From: Candidatus Sericytochromatia bacterium
GTDB lineage: Bacteria > Cyanobacteriota > Sericytochromatia > S15B-MN24 > UBA4093
Assembly (NCBI GenBank): GCA_036676985.1
Contig: JAKFBU010000039.1
Location: 128,001 to 192,000 of the forward strand
Reading direction: 5' to 3'
Length of the DNA stretch: 64,000 nucleotides
Shown: positions 63,379 to 64,000 of the stretch, piece after piece
Layout: every line of letters begins with the position of its first letter
How positions within the stretch are numbered: position 1 is the stretch's first letter
Position numbers and translations under genes: made by a program
The notes under the pieces: generated by a model
The model's input: only the letters and a program-made list of their open reading frames with translations
The model's database searches: none
What the model was told of the DNA's origin: nothing

Positions 63379-64000
63379 ATGGCGACCGAACCAATCAAAT
63401 TGACGCCCGGCAGGCTCACCGCCACGATTCTCTACCTCCTGGCCTACCCCTTCTTGATCTTGGGCCTGGGAGGCGACAGGAAATGGGCCGAGGGCTGGAT
63501 CTTCAGCACCTGGTTCGTGACGTTCTGCATCGCGACCATCGTCTACCTCTACTTCAACGATCCCGCCCTGCTCGCCGAGCGTTACCGCCGGCCGGGAAAA
63601 GACAGTGGCGAACAGACGTGGGACCGGTACTTCATCTATGCCATCGGCATCTTCTTCATGGCTTGGTTCGTCGTGATGCCGCTGGATGCCCGGAGATTCG
63701 ACTGGTCCCCGGATTTCCCCCTCTGGCTCGTCTTGACCGGAGCCCTGTTGCTGGCAGGAGCGACCTACTTCATGTTTCGCGCCTATTCGGACAACACGTA
63801 TCTGTCCCCTCTGGTCAGGATCCAGGCCGAACGTCAGCAGCGAGTGGTTTCAACGGGGGTCTACGGCTTCGTGCGGCACCCCATGTACCTGGGAGCCATT
63901 TGCCTGATGCTGGGGGCCCCCCTGTTTCTGTCGTCACTCGGCGGCCTCGCGATCGGCGTGCTCATGGTCGCCCTATTGATCGCTCGTATCGTCGGTGAAG
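63379..64000 (+). CDS. Isoprenylcysteine carboxylmethyltransferase (ICMT/Ste14) family membrane protein, 3' truncated
   Basis: MATEPIKL..DPALLAER..NTYLSPLVRIQ..VVSTGVYGFVRHPMYLG; not in ORF track. Confidence 0.88.
   Translation, partial: MATEPIKLTPGRLTATILYLLAYPFLILGLGGDRKWAEGWIFSTWFVTFCIATIVYLYFNDPALLAERYRRPGKDSGEQTWDRYFIYAIGIFFMAWFVVMPLDARRFDWSPDFPLWLVLTGALLLAGATYFMFRAYSDNTYLSPLVRIQAERQQRVVSTGVYGFVRHPMYLGAICLMLGAPLFLSSLGGLAIGVLMVALLIARIVGE

Larger units (their letters stand above)
56519..64000 (+). mobile_element. tRNA-Gly-anchored array of small gene cassettes (continues past window end)
   Basis: Six tRNA-Gly-derived repeats separate 0.5-2 kb segments of visibly lower GC carrying 1-3 genes each, nearly all on + strand; no integrase in window. 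Confidence 0.8.

Noticed and set aside
56519-64000. Classical integron or prophage
   Set aside because: No intI and no recognisable RYYYAAC..GTTRRRY attC pairs at cassette ends; a single tail-tube homolog without other phage genes

Overview
High-GC diderm bacterial chromosome segment. One conserved hypothetical gene looks cyanobacterial, which weakly suggests a non-photosynthetic cyanobacterial relative. 1-19.5 kb holds housekeeping and envelope genes: metK (5' truncated), tdh-kbl, rnhB, a Ski2/HelY-type helicase, mlaE-mlaE-mlaF-mlaD, and C39, C92 and S8 peptidases. 19.6-22.7 kb is a divergent partial Tad module, followed by two NHL-repeat lipoproteins. 25.2-39.6 kb holds three related minus-strand operons of secreted proteins. 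They encode five 'family A' proteins, each ending in a domain that aligns by eye with the FrpC self-processing module but has Ser-Pro instead of Asp-Pro, and three 'family B' proteins with a low-complexity stalk and swappable C-terminal tips. 41-49.7 kb is a Tad/Flp pilus operon with three near-identical pilins. Next come a Dam-type methyltransferase, an ABC-F ATPase, uppP, tRNA-Pro(TGG) and tRNA-Gly(TCC). The most striking feature starts at tRNA-Gly and runs off the window end: an integron-like array of small, lower-GC gene cassettes separated by six tRNA-Gly-derived repeats. Four repeats are almost the whole tRNA, with a 21-22 nt hairpin insert after nucleotide 8. Each repeat is followed by a hairpin, and a 9-bp-periodic TGAAAC element follows the intact tRNA and two of the repeats. 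The repeats broadly decay with distance from the intact tRNA, and no integrase is visible in the window. All calls are from motif reading by eye; no database searches were run.
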